Positions 24,716 to 38,099 of a DNA stretch of 64,000 nucleotides are shown here, one piece after another. The notes below the pieces were generated by a model that worked only from the letters and a program-made list of their open reading frames with translations, was not told the origin of the DNA and did not search any database. A program made the translations under genes and the position numbers. The first letter of the stretch is position 1; each line of letters starts with the position of its first letter. Source of the stretch: Camelus ferus (lineage: Eukaryota); the NCBI RefSeq assembly GCF_009834535.1, contig NC_045696.1, positions 2,048,001-2,112,000 on the forward strand, given 5' to 3'.

Positions 24716-27104
24716 GCCCCCAGTTTACATTTTAAGGTCATTCTTCTCACCCACTGAAATTCTACACTGACTGGCCGTGAAATGAAGAGAAGCCATCATG
24801 ACTTTCTCAGAATACATGGCTATTCATGACAACACTCTCCAAGCCATGCACTGAGCACCATGAAAAGCCGACACATCTCTGAGAACGGGCGACAGAGAGC
24901 CAGAGCGCCAAAAGCCTGGGTGTGAACCCCACAGAATTCAATCTCGGCTTGTGTGACAGGCAATTAAATTAACAATGTACACTCTGTAGCCCCCAAAATA
25001 GTCCCGCCACTAAGTAGAAAAGCATTCGAGTTCTGAGGCCTGCGCTGTGAGACCAACCCCAGGCTGATGTCCATGTTGATCCCATGGGCATGGGGCCCAA
25101 GGAAACGGGTAAGGATCCAGCCGCCAGGAAACGGCTCCTGGAAGCAAAGTGAGACGCAGGGTTGACACCGCGTCCAAAGAACCCTGTTCAGAAAACTGCA
25201 GTGTTTACAGTCAACTCAGACTATTTATTTCAACAACTAAGATTTCTTTTCTCTTTTCTTTTTTTTTTCTTTTTTTTTTTGTGAGAGAGGGGAGACTTAT
25301 CAAAATACTTGGCAAGAGTAATTCAGAGCACAGTCCCGTTAACATATCTCTCTCTCCCTGTGTGTGTGTCCTCACTCGCTAGGGAACACGTGGCGATGAG
25401 GCTGGGAGGCCCAGGGAGCATGGGCCCGCCCGCAGGCAGCGCCAGGGGCATGCGCAGACCATCACGGCCATCCCTCGCCCGCAGCGGCATTGGCACGTGG
25501 GGCACCCGGGCAGGAGGCAGGACAGGCAGAGGAGCCACCCGAATGCAAAGGGAAACGTCAGGGGACAGGGGCCTTGCTCTGAAGAGAGGGATGGTACTCT
25601 GTCCGAATGCTGCCCAGACCCACTGGGCACCTGCCCCCAGGCTGCCCCTGAGCCCAGAGGCCGAGGAGAGCCCGGCTCAGGAGCTCCCAGGAGAGGCAGG
25701 CAGAACCCTGGGTCTCTGACTCTATAAGCCTAAGTGCTTTCCCGTTCACGCCAGCTGTGATTAGACTTGCTGTTTCTCACAGCCGGGTAACTGATGCAGA
25801 AAGTCCCTATTTCCTGACTTACGACTGCATTCTGAGGTTTTTACAAGCATATATCCATGTATTAATCATGCAATTTTAAACTTTTTATGTTAAAAGCAGA
25901 TAAGAACTAATTAAACACAGGGAGGGGTAAGAACTCAAAAAGAAGATTTCAGTGACTTACGCTTAAATGGGTCATATTTCAACAAACTGCTTAACACTTT
26001 CTTAAAACTTTTAACAGAAGGACGTGGGAACTCAATTATTAAGTAGTTAACTTTTACCAACAGTAAGTAAAAAGACACTAACACATGTCCAAGAAAACGT
26101 AAATAACCACAGATAAAGATGTATCATTTAGGTTTTAGATCACCAACAATAAGACAGTAGGAAAAATGCTTATTTCTGAAAACAACTCTAATTTTCAAAG
26201 AAGTCGATTATAACGAAAACTAGAAACCTGTAGGCTAGATAGTCTTTTAGAGCTCAGACACTCTCACTAACACGAGGGTCCAAGCACAGCGTGGTACCAG
26301 GCCCAGACAAGCCCAACGAGGACGCTGCGGACCCGCCAGGGCCAGGGTCAGGGCAGTCACAAGCTGTCGTCACAGTCAGACGTCGTTTGTTTTACCCTTC
26401 GCCAACCCGAAGAGCAATGGAAACTTTAACTTTCAATCATTTAATGCGCAAAACTTTCATGTTAGGGTCCACTAGAAGTGCAAAGTCACAGAGTAATTTA
26501 GTGTCAAAGCATTTTTAAAATCCAGGTTTTCAATTCTCAACAGCCAGCCGCAGCCAGAACAGAATCAGCATTACGCTGACACCTGAAGGGCAGAGGACCC
26601 CAGGGCGTCCTGCTTTGTGTGACAGTGCCTCCAGCAGGCGGGCAGACAAGCGACGCTGCACCTGCTGAAAGCGTACACCCTAACCACACCCCGCAAAGTG
26701 GTTCCATCCGGGGAGGAGACCACAGGGTGCTCACAGTCTGCATTTCAGGCTTTCAGGAACATGGGGCATCCAAACTAAACTGAACTAAAGGCACAAATTC
26801 TCTTACCCTAAAAGGAAAAATGTATCTATGTTCAAAAAGCTATATATTTGTTGTTGCTAATGTTCCTATAATGCTTATGCAATAATTTTTTTGAAGACTT
26901 TAGGACTCTGTTATGACATTAAGATTGATTTTGGCACTAAAGAGTTTACCGAAAAGATAGAGTAAATTACCAAATGTGGTTTGCATGCTCTACAGCTATA
27001 AATTATGCCTCGGGGAGGGAGGCGGACAAAAGTCACCTCTCAGCTGGGAAAGACACCACAGGGTTTTCATACTTAGAGAATCATTACTTCCTATGCTTTT
27101 CCCC

Positions 27105-27587
27105 AGACACATGTTAAGGGCATTCAGAAGTCTAGGTCCCACTCCCTGGGGCCTGTGAACACGTTACTTTACATGGCAAGGGAGAATTAAGGTTGCAGGC
27201 AGATTAAGGTTGCTGATCAGCTGATCTTAAAATAAAGAGATTATCCTGGATTATCTGGATGGGCCCCAAGTACTCGCAAGGATACCTGAATGGGGAAGAG
27301 GGAAGCAGAAGTCACAACCAAAGGGATGGCCCCACGAGAAAGACTGAGCTGGTCTGGTCGTCACCAGCTGTGAAAATGGAGGGGCCAGGAGCCAAGGATG
27401 CAAGCACCCCGAAAAGCTGGGAAAAGCAGGAACAGGTTCTCCCCTGGAGCCTCCAGAAGGACCTTGACTTTAGCCCAATGAGACCCATTTCAGACTTCTG
27501 CTCTCCAGAACGCTCGGAGAATAACTTTGTGTTGTTCTAAGGCACACAGTCTACATAACCGTTACAGCAGCCCCAAGAAACTGACAC
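27105..27587 (+). mobile_element. MLT1D-type LTR
   Basis: gttactttacatggcaagggagaattaaggttgcag..gagattatcctggattatctggatgggccc..acagcagccccaagaaactgacaca. Confidence 0.82.
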
Positions 27588-30500
27588 AACTATGGAAAGT
27601 GTATGAAAAACTTAAAAGGGGAAAGTAAAAGCATTTGATTTGCACCCTCCCCCCAGAAATCATCTATGTAGTACTCACCACAACATAACTTTGTGACTTC
27701 ACAGTTCTAGGGGACCCAGGAGGGTCCGCTCAGCTATGGCGGTGGGGGGGGGGGGGCATCAGGAGAGAGCCAGCTACAAGAAGCGAACAGCTGACCGTGC
27801 ACTGGTGGACGGCATGGTGGGCCTGGCAGTCACCCCAACCCTCACAGCAGCCGGAGGATCCAGTGCCACCCTGCATGTGAGGACACCCCTGCCTCACCAG
27901 AGCCACGCGGCTTGTGCGGGGCTGAGTCACACCCAGGCTGCCGCTGCCCCTCATGCTGTTTCCTAATGAATCCGCAGGGGCTGTGCTGACACCACTTGGC
28001 TGAAAATACAGGTTCCAGAAGACCTTCAGCGACACAGTGACTGCTTCTGCCCCTGGCATCCCACTGTCCCCTACTTCAACATACAGAGCTGTGAAGGTCT
28101 CTGCAAAAGTACAGAAGGATCAGGAAACCACAACCATGAGAGAGCGCAAAGAAACACACAGTGCTCAGCCCATCGGCCCCTGACACACAGCTTTCCCAGA
28201 TACCTGATGCCAGCTATTTCGAGATTAGTATCTTTATTTGGATATTTATGTTGGATAAAAGATCTTAGCACCTCTAAATATTTGTTAATACTCTCATACA
28301 GTGTAAGTTTTCTTCAGATTCTTTAGTATAATCTTAGTGAAAGGAAACAGTAACTTTTCTAATAAAAGGCATCTCTCATTTGACCTTGAATTGAAGACCC
28401 TTCAGCTTATTTAGCCTGTTAACAGGATGGCTGTCTTCACCTACCTGATGGGCAATGTCACATGTACCCTTCAGAGGGCTCCGGAGACCCCTGAGCACCA
28501 GAAACGCAGGGACAGGGACCGGGCGGGCTCCAGCCCCGCCGGGAAGCCGCCCTCTGGTCAGAGGACCTCGCAGCGCGGCCAGACCAGGACTGAGGGACCC
28601 GTTTCAGGCCCTTCCGAGCAAGAGAGGCTATGACTTTACTTCTGAACAAAAAAGCCAAGGAAACACATAATTTATCTAACATTTGCTTTACAGAAAAATG
28701 TAGAAACGGCATTCAACTAAACAAAGCTCCACTTCACTGTGAGGCAGCTCACTCCCGTTCAACACTCCCAAGGAGTGTTAAGGAGGCGTTGTCCTACACC
28801 CGGTAGGAACGTGCGCTTCCCTCAGACCACACATTAATTAAGTTCTCCTCAACAGCTTTTGGTGGAACAGACTTTCAAATGGACAATAAAAACGTCCAAA
28901 GTCATAAACTGGGAAGTCACTTCCGCCTACTCAATAACGTGTAAAATGTATTTGCCATAATTTATGTATAATGTCATTGCAGTAATGAAATTTAACTAAT
29001 GCTTCAAACTGCAAGCTCTTTTATGGGGAAAACTAGTATTAAATGCATAATCATGGAATATGGAAGCCCTCCCCAGCGGTCCTCCCAGAGTATCTGCACA
29101 TAAAAGGCTTTCATATTTGGAGGTGGGGGCAGTGAGTGAAGGTTAACGACAAAAAACAGAAAGACCCAGAGGATATCCAGACTTTCTAAGGAGACATCAG
29201 GGTTTCACTTGTGCCCTAAAATGACCAGGCAACTGACGCCCTCCCCCCCAATCTCTACACATAAACACTGCCCTGCCTTTACTGGAAGGTACATATTGAG
29301 AAGAAAAGCAGTGGGCACTCCCACTGCCTTACACCCCAGAGGCCAAGGTTAAAGAAAATTAACTCCTACAGTAGACGGGAAGGGAATCACCTTCCTCTGC
29401 TGTCAGCTGTCCCAGATCCTCTGCGTCAGGCCTTCCAAGGACGCTGATTTGAAATCACAACTCAGGACCCCTGCCACTGCACCCCTGGCTCTCACGTCAG
29501 GCCCGATCCTTCCAGCTCTCCTCCTGAGCCGTACTGGGACACACTCACGTGCTCCTCCCTGCCCTGCTTCCCTTCCGTACCCAGTACCTAGTCTACAGGA
29601 CAGTGACTGCCTGTAGGTGTGACCAAAGGGAAAAAGTACAACAGTGAGTGTTAAGGGAGTTCCATGCTGTGGGAGTCTGCAGAAGGGGAACTACAATCAA
29701 CACACAGAGCCTGCTCACAAGGCACAAAGTCCCAAAGTCTTTCTGCTTTTTAACATGAAAGACAATCCAGCACACGTGCCAAGTGTTTAAGGAGGTCTGA
29801 GCAAACACCTCCAACCAGGGGCACACGGTCACCCGGAGACCACACAGCTTAAAATTGAAGAGTTCCAACAGAAAAAGATAAGATAAATGCATCTAAATAC
29901 AAGAACACTGAAGACTCAGCCTTTAATGGTTTTACATATTTTAAAATAAAGAAAATGTAGGATGGCAGTTTGGATCACAGTATCTGCAAGTTCCAGAAGA
30001 GACTCTGCTCAGTCCAGGCTCACCCTGCCCTGCAGCCTTGGAGAGAAGGGTCCCCAAACCGCTCTGCCCCCAGGTTCCTCCCTCGCCCTCTTAAAGTCTC
30101 TGTTCAAAGATTACTTTCTCAGGGAGGTCTAATTGCAGTTTTCAAAAGGTGCACCATTAGCAAGGGGAATTTGGAAACATCCAGCAAAATTAAGCATTTA
30201 CCACAGCCCTAGCAACCCTCGCTTGAGCGATCCCAACAGAAACGCTGGGGTGGGGCCTGACCAAACACGGAGGGATCCTGGTCTGGCCCAGCAAGCCTGG
30301 CCCTGGGGTGGGCAGTTAAGAAAAATAACACTACCTGGTAAAAATAAGAAAACTTTCCAAACATACAACACTCCCTGGTGAAACCAAGGTCCGACCTGTT
30401 GTCAGTTTCTTCATTCTCTGCTCACTCCTTAGAAAAATTTTGCAAACGAGGGCCTAGAGTATTGAGGAATGAAGCGTCATGTAACACAACACGTGCAAGA

Positions 30501-30751
30501 AGCCAAATAAAGGCACTTATTTCCCTGGGGGAAAAAATAGAGAAACTGCAGAAAAGGTTCACCTCTTCCTAAGAGATCATCCCATCTTGTGCCAACGTCT
30601 CAAGCCCAAAATTCCAGACCCCAGGAACTGCTCCTCGGCCTGGAGCACAGAGCGGACAAGCCCCCAGAGACAGACGAAGTGACACAAAACCGGAGATAAG
30701 CAACGGAAGCCAGCCGAGGTGCACTTGGGCACCAATGCAGACAATGACGAA

Positions 30752-31112
30752 GGAGCTGAACAGGGCCCCCGAAAGATGTGTCCATGTCCTGACCCCCCAG
30801 AACCCGTGAATGAAACTTACTTGGAAAAAGGGTCTTTATAGATACAGTTAAGTTCAGGATCTCAAATGAGATCATTCCAGATCGTGTTTAGATGGGCCCT
30901 AAATCCAATGACAAGAGGTCACTTGTCAGGTCAAGTAAGAGACAGAAGGGAAAAACACAGGGAGAGAGGAGGCCATGTGAAGACAAAGCAGAGACAGGAG
31001 TGATGGGGCTACAAGCCAAGGAATGCCAAGGATTCCTGGGAGCTGGAAAGAGGCAAGAAGGACCCTCCCCTCAAACCTTGGGAGGGAGCACAGCCTTGGT
31101 TGATGCTTTGAT
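30752..31112 (+). mobile_element. MLT1C-type LTR (3' truncated)
   Basis: gaaagatgtgtccatgtcctgacc..ttggaaaaagggtcttt..gatctcaaatgagatcat..gccatgtgaagac..aagccaaggaatgcc. Confidence 0.8.
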
Positions 31113-31994
31113 TAACTGCTAACAAGTACAAGGGAACATCTTGGGGTGATAGAAATGTTCTAAAACTGACTTATGGTGATGGCTGCACAACTCTAAACAC
31201 TAGTGGTCAGAGAACTGTACACATACAATGGATAGTAATGTTACGTATGTAGATTAAACCTCAATAAAGCCGTTCAGAAAAAAGAAAACTATGGTAGTCT
31301 TCCCCCATCCATCAGACTGGTGAAAATTAAAAAGATGAACCCTACCCAGAGTAGCAGAGTATAACTCAGAATACAGCTTCTTCACAGGGTGATTCAGAAG
31401 CAGGTCTCAAAATGTAAACCGCGCTCACCTTCCGACCTAGCAAGTACACTTGGATTCCATCTCTTACAATAAAAATGTATTCCTGCTTTATACACGTGCA
31501 GGGGTGAAAGGCACATTTTGCAAAGGTACAGATATATCTTCTTCCAAGGCTTCATCCAGACGCCAGCTTGACAGTTCCTCAAGAAGCTGAATCAGCGACC
31601 CAAAAATGCTTCGGCTTGGTGGTTGTTAAATTTCTTCTGACTTGGAGTAGAGAAAGCATATCCGGACAGAACTCGAGAGGCCCACTTGAAAGACCACAGT
31701 CCCTACCACACTGGTGAGCTTTCTTTCTTTTACTGGATTAACACATATTTCCTTGATTCAAAAACTCCAGAGAATGTTCCAGTATCAAAAAAAAACAACA
31801 ACAACAACTAAGTGCATAGCAGTTCACCTAAAACAGTCTGAGTGATCAGGATTCAAATTACCCAAGCATCTTCTGCAAAGCTGTCTTATCTTGATGAAAA
31901 CACGTATTTAAAGGAAACAATATGACACCATCAAAAGCTCCCACCTGATGGAAGCATTCAATGACATACAGGAGTTTCTCCCTTAGAGAAATGC

Positions 31995-32680
31995 TTACTC
32001 GTTTATTTAATTTATTCACAAATATCTACTGAACACCAACTATGTGCCAAGCACTGTCCAGGTGCCAGACACACAGAGAACAAGACAGGTGAAGTTCCTG
32101 CCTCTCTGAACCCCACATGCTAGTTTGTGGGCACTCTGGGTTAGGAGTGGAGAGAAACAACAGACCAAGAGAAAACAAAGTTTTCTGTCGGGGGTGCTGA
32201 ACCAAGAAGACTGAACGAAGTCAAAGCAATGGCGAAAGGTATGTGGGCGTGGGAAGCGGTGTGTGAGCAGCCACCGGCCGCGAGAGGGCAGCACCCGGGG
32301 GCCAGGGCACAGCCAGGAGGCCAGTGCGCGGCCCGGGGCCGCGGGGCCCAGGGCAGCAGGCCACTGAGGGTCTCACGGCCCCGGGGAAGGTCTGGGAATA
32401 CTATGCTGAGAAGGTGGTTGGCCCCTGCGGGTCTGAGCAGGGGAATTACACGCTGTGACTTCTCTCTCAGAGGGACTGCCCTTAATTTCCAGGGGCCAAG
32501 CTGTTAAAAGGGCGCCAGCTGGGAAGCTGCAGGAGACCCAGGGAGAGATGAAAGGGCTGGGGTCTGGGGTTTGAGCAGCAGTAAAGCTGAGAAGTGGCTG
32601 AATTCTAGATAAACTTCAAAAATGCTTGCTGATAGACTCAACGTCTGTTGGGAGCAAAAAAGAGGAGCTGGGAACAACTC
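31995..32680 (-). mobile_element. LINE-2 3' fragment
   Basis: ttattcacaaatatctactgaacaccaactatgtgccaagcactgt.. typical L2 terminus in reverse orientation. Confidence 0.75.
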
Positions 32681-33395
32681 TAAGGCCATCAATTTTAAAT
32701 TTAAAAATCAAATATTCTCTAAGCACAAAATACTGTGAACACAGTTAAAATTCACCTTAAGAGCAGTTAACAAAGCACAAGTTGATTAGACAGCGAGGAC
32801 AGGAGGGAGGGAAGAAGGAAGGAGAGGTAAAGGGAGGGGAGAAAGCACCAGGGGGCTCTGGGCAGACTGCCACCAGGGGCCTCAGGAAGGTGTGATGGGG
32901 GATTTAGAGGCTTTCCAGTGGAAGCCCACCACCCCCCCCAGCAGAACAGAGGGCGAGGAGATCAGCTCGGAGCCTCTGTGAGGCCATACACTGAATCGTG
33001 CAATACACATGAAAAGACACTCTGTCAACCGGCAAAAAACTTTTTTCAGACAAAAAATTCTTCAGTAAGTCCCTTGCATTTTCAAAAGGCGACCACCTTG
33101 GCCCTTCCCAGCTCCCTCCGCGTGGACCGCACCACCATGCTGTCAGTTCCTTTCTAGGGAAAGACTGGCCCGCGTGTTACGTTGGCAAAGCCTGGTTATT
33201 TCAGAGACTCATCAGTGCTTTAAAAAAAAATCAGACCCTTGAGCTTCATTTCCATAAACCAAATTTTACTAGAAACCATTCAGAAACACATGTTGTAAGT
33301 CTGGCATGACCTGAAGTTCAAATGGAAAAGGAAGCTTTTCACTTCTAAATTCTCAGTTCAAATCCACCCTAGAGTTGAGCTAAAATACTAGTAAC

Positions 33396-33935
33396 ATGGG
33401 TTCCCAAACTGTGTACCCCGGTGCCTCGGGGTACCGCAGCAAACCCACAGAGGGTCCAAAGGGCATTTTAAATTTATGAGGGAAACGGCAGTACTGAAGA
33501 TATCCCAGACCCCAGCTGAGGTATTGTTTCCATACAACCTCGTGCTACAATTCTCTCAATGGCATCATTATCATCACAAAACAAGGGAGCTGCTGTGATA
33601 AAAGACTAGTACCACCTCCCCACTAAAAGGAAACAGAGAAGGCAGCAGAGACCAGCCTGACCCCCAGGTTAGAGAAGTTGTGCAGTGCCCAACAGATGCA
33701 ACCATCCCATTAGTCTGTCACCCTGGTTATCTAAGAATGAAATAAAAATTTTCTTCCCATTTATGTGCATTTTTTTCAAATAACTACTGTTATGACATGA
33801 CACTTGATAAAATTATTTGAACCTAACTACTTAATAAATGAAATTATTAAATGTTCTTTTTAGCCCAGAGGTGAGATGAAAAAAGTATTAAAGACACTAA
33901 AGCCACCGTGAGCAGAGAGAAGGAAGGACTCCCTC
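33396..33935 (+). mobile_element. hAT-Charlie DNA transposon remnant (Charlie4a-like)
   Basis: ggttcccaaactgtg..gctgtgataaaag..gagaagttgtgcagtgcccaacag..ctaactacttaataaa..gacactaa. Confidence 0.75.
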
Positions 33936-36900
33936 CTTAGAAGCTAGCATTCTTTTTGCACATTCATCACTCTTCTGAGTGCTTTACACATATTCTTTCA
34001 AGCCCTACACCCACCCCAAGAGACCAGCACTACCTCCTCCCTACTTCACAGAGGGGGAGGAAGGCACATATGTTTAAGTCCTGACTGTTTGGAACCACGC
34101 ACAGGGAGAAGCGATTTCAAAAGCAAGGTAATTGCACTTCAGTTTACAGGGAAAAAAAGAGGAGAGGAGGGGAGGGGAGGGGAGGGGAAGAAAGAAAATT
34201 AATTAATTAATTAATTTCCCCCCAAAAAGCAAGGTAAACAAAGCCAGTAGTGCCTTGGGTCCCACCTCCAACTCCATCCCGTGGAACTGTTTCCCAAGGA
34301 GAAATGCTTCTCCCACTTCTCAATAGTTGATTCCCTACTGGCTTAAGAATTCAATATGGGCCAAGACCACCATTTACATGCATCAATTTAGAAAGAGGAC
34401 ATTTTAAGTTACTCTTCGGCAACGAAACAAAGAGTGGTTAAATCACAAGCACCATACTTTCACGCCCGGTGGAAAACCGTGACGTGCAAATTTAAAAATT
34501 TTAACCTACAGGGGAAAAATACAAATTCCAACCAGATACAAAGCATTACAACCAGATACCAGATACAGATTACAGATCTACTCATTTTTGTTGCCGTTTT
34601 CTCCCTTTGAAAAGTTATCATGTCAGATCTGGAACCCCAAATACAGAGACTGAGAAAAACGAAAACGGCAGCGTCCAACGTGCCTGGGTGAGAACGGGTC
34701 GCTCGGGTGGAGCGCTGCTGTTTTTCAGATACCACACAATCCTATGTTGAAGGAGGTGCTATCTTGGGAATGATGCCAACAGCCAAAACAGAAAAGCCAC
34801 AAATCAGTAGGATTACAATAACCGTCTGCTCAATGAGACAGCTGGAGAAGGAACATAACCCTCCTGGATACCCTTAGATCAGAAACCCAAGTCTTTATTC
34901 TCAAGAGTGAACTGATCTGGTGGTTGAAAAAAAATCTAAGCTATTATTTAAATTTAGATCAAATGGATCTGCTGGATTTGTTTCAGTTTCATTGTGCATT
35001 TTTCATGATTAATGAATTATGCTATACATATTCAAACTGCTATGATTAGGTGATTCATCCCCCAACGCATTAACTAACTGTTCGGCGGACATCCCTGTGC
35101 ACTTCAGATACATTCTCCAGTAGTCAGGCACTTAACCAGTCTTGGACGTCTAAGCAGATCCTCCACTGAGGCAGTCACTCTGCACCGGAGGCAGTTAGGC
35201 AGCAGGTTCGGAAATTTTTAATTACGGATTGAAGGCCATTAAAACTTTCAGGTAGCTTCAGAATATTATTAAAATAATTCGGTAAGGCTTTCAAGTAATA
35301 ATGTATTCTATTTCCCCCTAACCTCCGGGGACTTCCCAGTCTTCTTGTGGCCACAAATGAGCAGTTCCTACACAGTACCTGAACCAGCGACATGCTACAT
35401 TCTTCTCAGAAAGTATGCTGCACAATTCATTTCCATTCAAAGTAAAATGTTCCAAATTCTATGAAAAAAATTGAGAGCAAGCATAAACTCTGCTTTATTT
35501 TACAATGAACAAACACAGACCTCCTCAGGGTGCAATGGCTGGAAAAGTATTCAAGGAGATGTAAAGGCACTTTTGAAAACTAAAACGCTGCGTAACAAGG
35601 GGAATGGACAGTAATAGCTGAGCCTCTGGATGGACTTTTTCAAGCAATTTTCCTACTGCCTTTGCCTGCACTGCTTAGGCTAGCTGCTCCCCTCAAAACA
35701 CGTCCACCCGTAAAAATGGAACCACACGAAGTATGACGTGAAACCAGAACAAGTGCTCACGAAGCTCCAGTCCCTGATACACCAAAACGCAATCTCAAAC
35801 GTGAACTATGAATCCTTTCTTAAAAGTTAAAACATCTTTAACTTTTAAAGGGATCTTTTTCATTTTTCAAGCTAACTTTCTCTGAAAGTTTACTAAAGCC
35901 TTTTCCTCTTCTGAGACTCCAGTGAATGAATGGTTGCGCCTTTTAAAACAGAGATGCCGTCAGTACAGATAACACTTCTTCTTTACGCTTCAAACACCGG
36001 AAAAACCTCCACCAACACGGCTACTGCAACCAACCTGCAGGAAAGGAAATTGTCCCTCAGCTGCCTGTCGCGCATGTGTGTGCAAACTTAAGCAGCAAAC
36101 ACACACCTCGAGCACTACAAAGGTAACAACTGACCCATTTAGTCAAGGTTGACTCCAACAGGGCTTTACGAACCTCTTCAGATGTGTATCTTCATAACGC
36201 CTAAAGAAGTATATTGCTATGAACCTGTAAGCTAAGGGGTATGGGAAATAATTAGCCACATGGATGTCCCACAAGCAACACTGATCCGGCACCCCTGATG
36301 TGCAGGGCACTTGGGGAGAAGTCTCCAGGATCTGGAAGGCACTGAAACCCAACATGAAGACCACCCGAGACCAGTCCTCTTCCCCGAGGATACAGAAAGC
36401 ACCTGGGAATTGCAGGACCTCCAGATCAGCTCTATGCACACCTGTCCTCTTGCACTGAAGGTGCAGTCTTGAGTAAGACTTTCAGTTGACAGGTATCCTG
36501 ACGAGAAAAGAAAACAGCTATTGCTGAACTATGCAAGTGTCCAAATTTAGAGGTGACACATTCCATTTTCCTAAGAAAGTTTTACCAGCTAAAGATAAAG
36601 CAACAAACTTTAAACATACGAGTTCTCAGGGATCTGAAGAAAGGAAGCATACAGGGAGGATATCCATTAATTATAAAAAAATGAAAAGGAGAAACAGGAT
36701 GGAGCTCAAGACCTACAGAACCATTATGGCCTAAGTGCTGGGACTTTGCTACAGAAAGAGTGTTTCCTTTCAGAGTGTGGAAGACTTTTGGAAAAAGTTA
36801 GCTGGAAGTAAGAATATTGTCAAAGCTCAAATCTCATAATAGTTTGAAATTTCTCTCTGCAAGTCATCAAAATGTCAGCCAACATTTCAAACCCCCTATG

Positions 36901-37796
36901 AGCTCAAAGTTTTTGGAAGTATTTAATTGTAAAATCACAACTATAAAACTTAACAGGAAAATATTTTCTGTAACAGAGAAACAATTCCTTTGTGTGTGCT
37001 TAAATGTGGTACACACACACACAAATCGACACCCCAAAGAAGGAGGCACCAGTCTAGCAGTCCAGTGTGGATGAGCTCACCTAACCTTTATAGCCTCATC
37101 CGTAAAATGGGTTTCTGTTCCGTGCCAGCGTCTGGGAGGTGCCCGAGGGGCCTAAGGTAACGCGCGTGAAACCAGTCCTGGCTCGCAGTCCCAGCTCCGG
37201 CAGGGTTGTCATGCCCATGCAAGTGCAGCTGTGCACGGCTCTGACGGAGCACCTGCGTCTGTCACTGTTTAACACAAGTACAAACCCACGTCTCCTAACA
37301 CAATAACCGCACATAAACTTCGTCCACGCCCGCAACCGACAGCCAAGAGAATGCCCCTGCGGGATCAGAGGGAGAACGGTCTCCGCTGGGAAGGACCCGT
37401 CCCCGGGTCGCGGGACGAGCTGCCGAGCCTGCGGCTGGACGGGGCACACGGCGGGGCCCCCACTCCGGGCCGCGCCCTAGATTCTGGGGTGCACCGCGTC
37501 CCGGGCCTGTCAAACTGCAGCCCAAACAACCCGGGAAGGCGTCCCCCGGCGGAGTCGGAGGTCGCCCGCGTGGGGTCAGAGGTCCCCCGCAGGGGAGGCT
37601 GGCGGACGGCCCCGGGGAGGTCGGAGGTCGCCCGCGGGGATAGGAGCCCCGCCGCAGCCACCGCCCTGGCCACACCTCCGTTCCAGGAAGCGGCAGGGCC
37701 GGGAGCGCAGGCCCTGGGCCGCCGGGAGCGAGGGGCCGGCGACCTGGGCCCGGCTGCCCGCCACGGCCGCCCCCTCCCGCGCCGCCGGGCACTCAC

Positions 37797-37863
37797 AGGT
37801 GACGATGGGCTTGTTCTCCATGGTGTAGATCACCGGCGGCAGCGGCTCCTCAGGGGCGTCCAT
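37797..37863 (-). CDS. TRAPPC10: TRAPPC10 coding exon 1 (67 nt; MDAPEEPLPPVIYTMENKPIVT + first base of C)
   Basis: ATG at 37863-37861 inside a CpG island; donor GTGAGT at 37796-37791; ends in phase 1. Confidence 0.96.
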
Positions 37864-38006
37864 GGGCGTCCGGCGTCACCGGCCCGGCCCCCCGCGCCCC
37901 ATGGGCAGCCCGAAGCCGCGCAGGGCCAGCCCGAGCCTGAGCGGAGCCGCGGCCGCGACAGCGACGCCCGCCCGGCCGCGCGAGGCACCTCCAGAGCCGG
38001 CCGCCT

Positions 38007-38042
38007 GCCGCCGTCGCCGCCGCCGCCGCCGCCGCCGCCGCC
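38007..38042 (-). repeat. (GGC)9 GAC (GGC)2 trinucleotide repeat in the probable 5'UTR
   Basis: Read directly: gccgccgtc(gcc)9 on the + strand. Confidence 0.92.
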
Positions 38043-38062
38043 CGCCGGCCGCCGGCCGCATC

Positions 38063-38099
38063 CACTTCCGGTGCCGGCGCGCCGCGGGACCGCTTCCGG
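38063..38099 (-). promoter_or_regulatory. Tandem ETS (GABPA/ELK-type) motifs at the probable TSS
   Basis: ACCGGAAGTG (38072-38063) and CCGGAAGC (38099-38092), same orientation, about 30 bp apart. Confidence 0.7.

Larger units (their letters stand above)
1..38075 (-). other. TRAPPC10: TRAPPC10 gene, 5' portion (exons 1-7; continues beyond the left edge)
   Basis: Seven GT-AG exons splice into one open frame, MDAPEEPLPPVIYTMENKPIVTCAGDQNLF...RALELLHSCVQELELLD, matching my recollection of the TRAPPC10/TMEM1 N-terminus. The TSS position is approximate. Confidence 0.97.

Noticed and set aside
34160..34217. (GGGGA)n run followed by a (TTAA)n palindrome
   Set aside because: Simple repeats; G4 or cruciform potential is generic.
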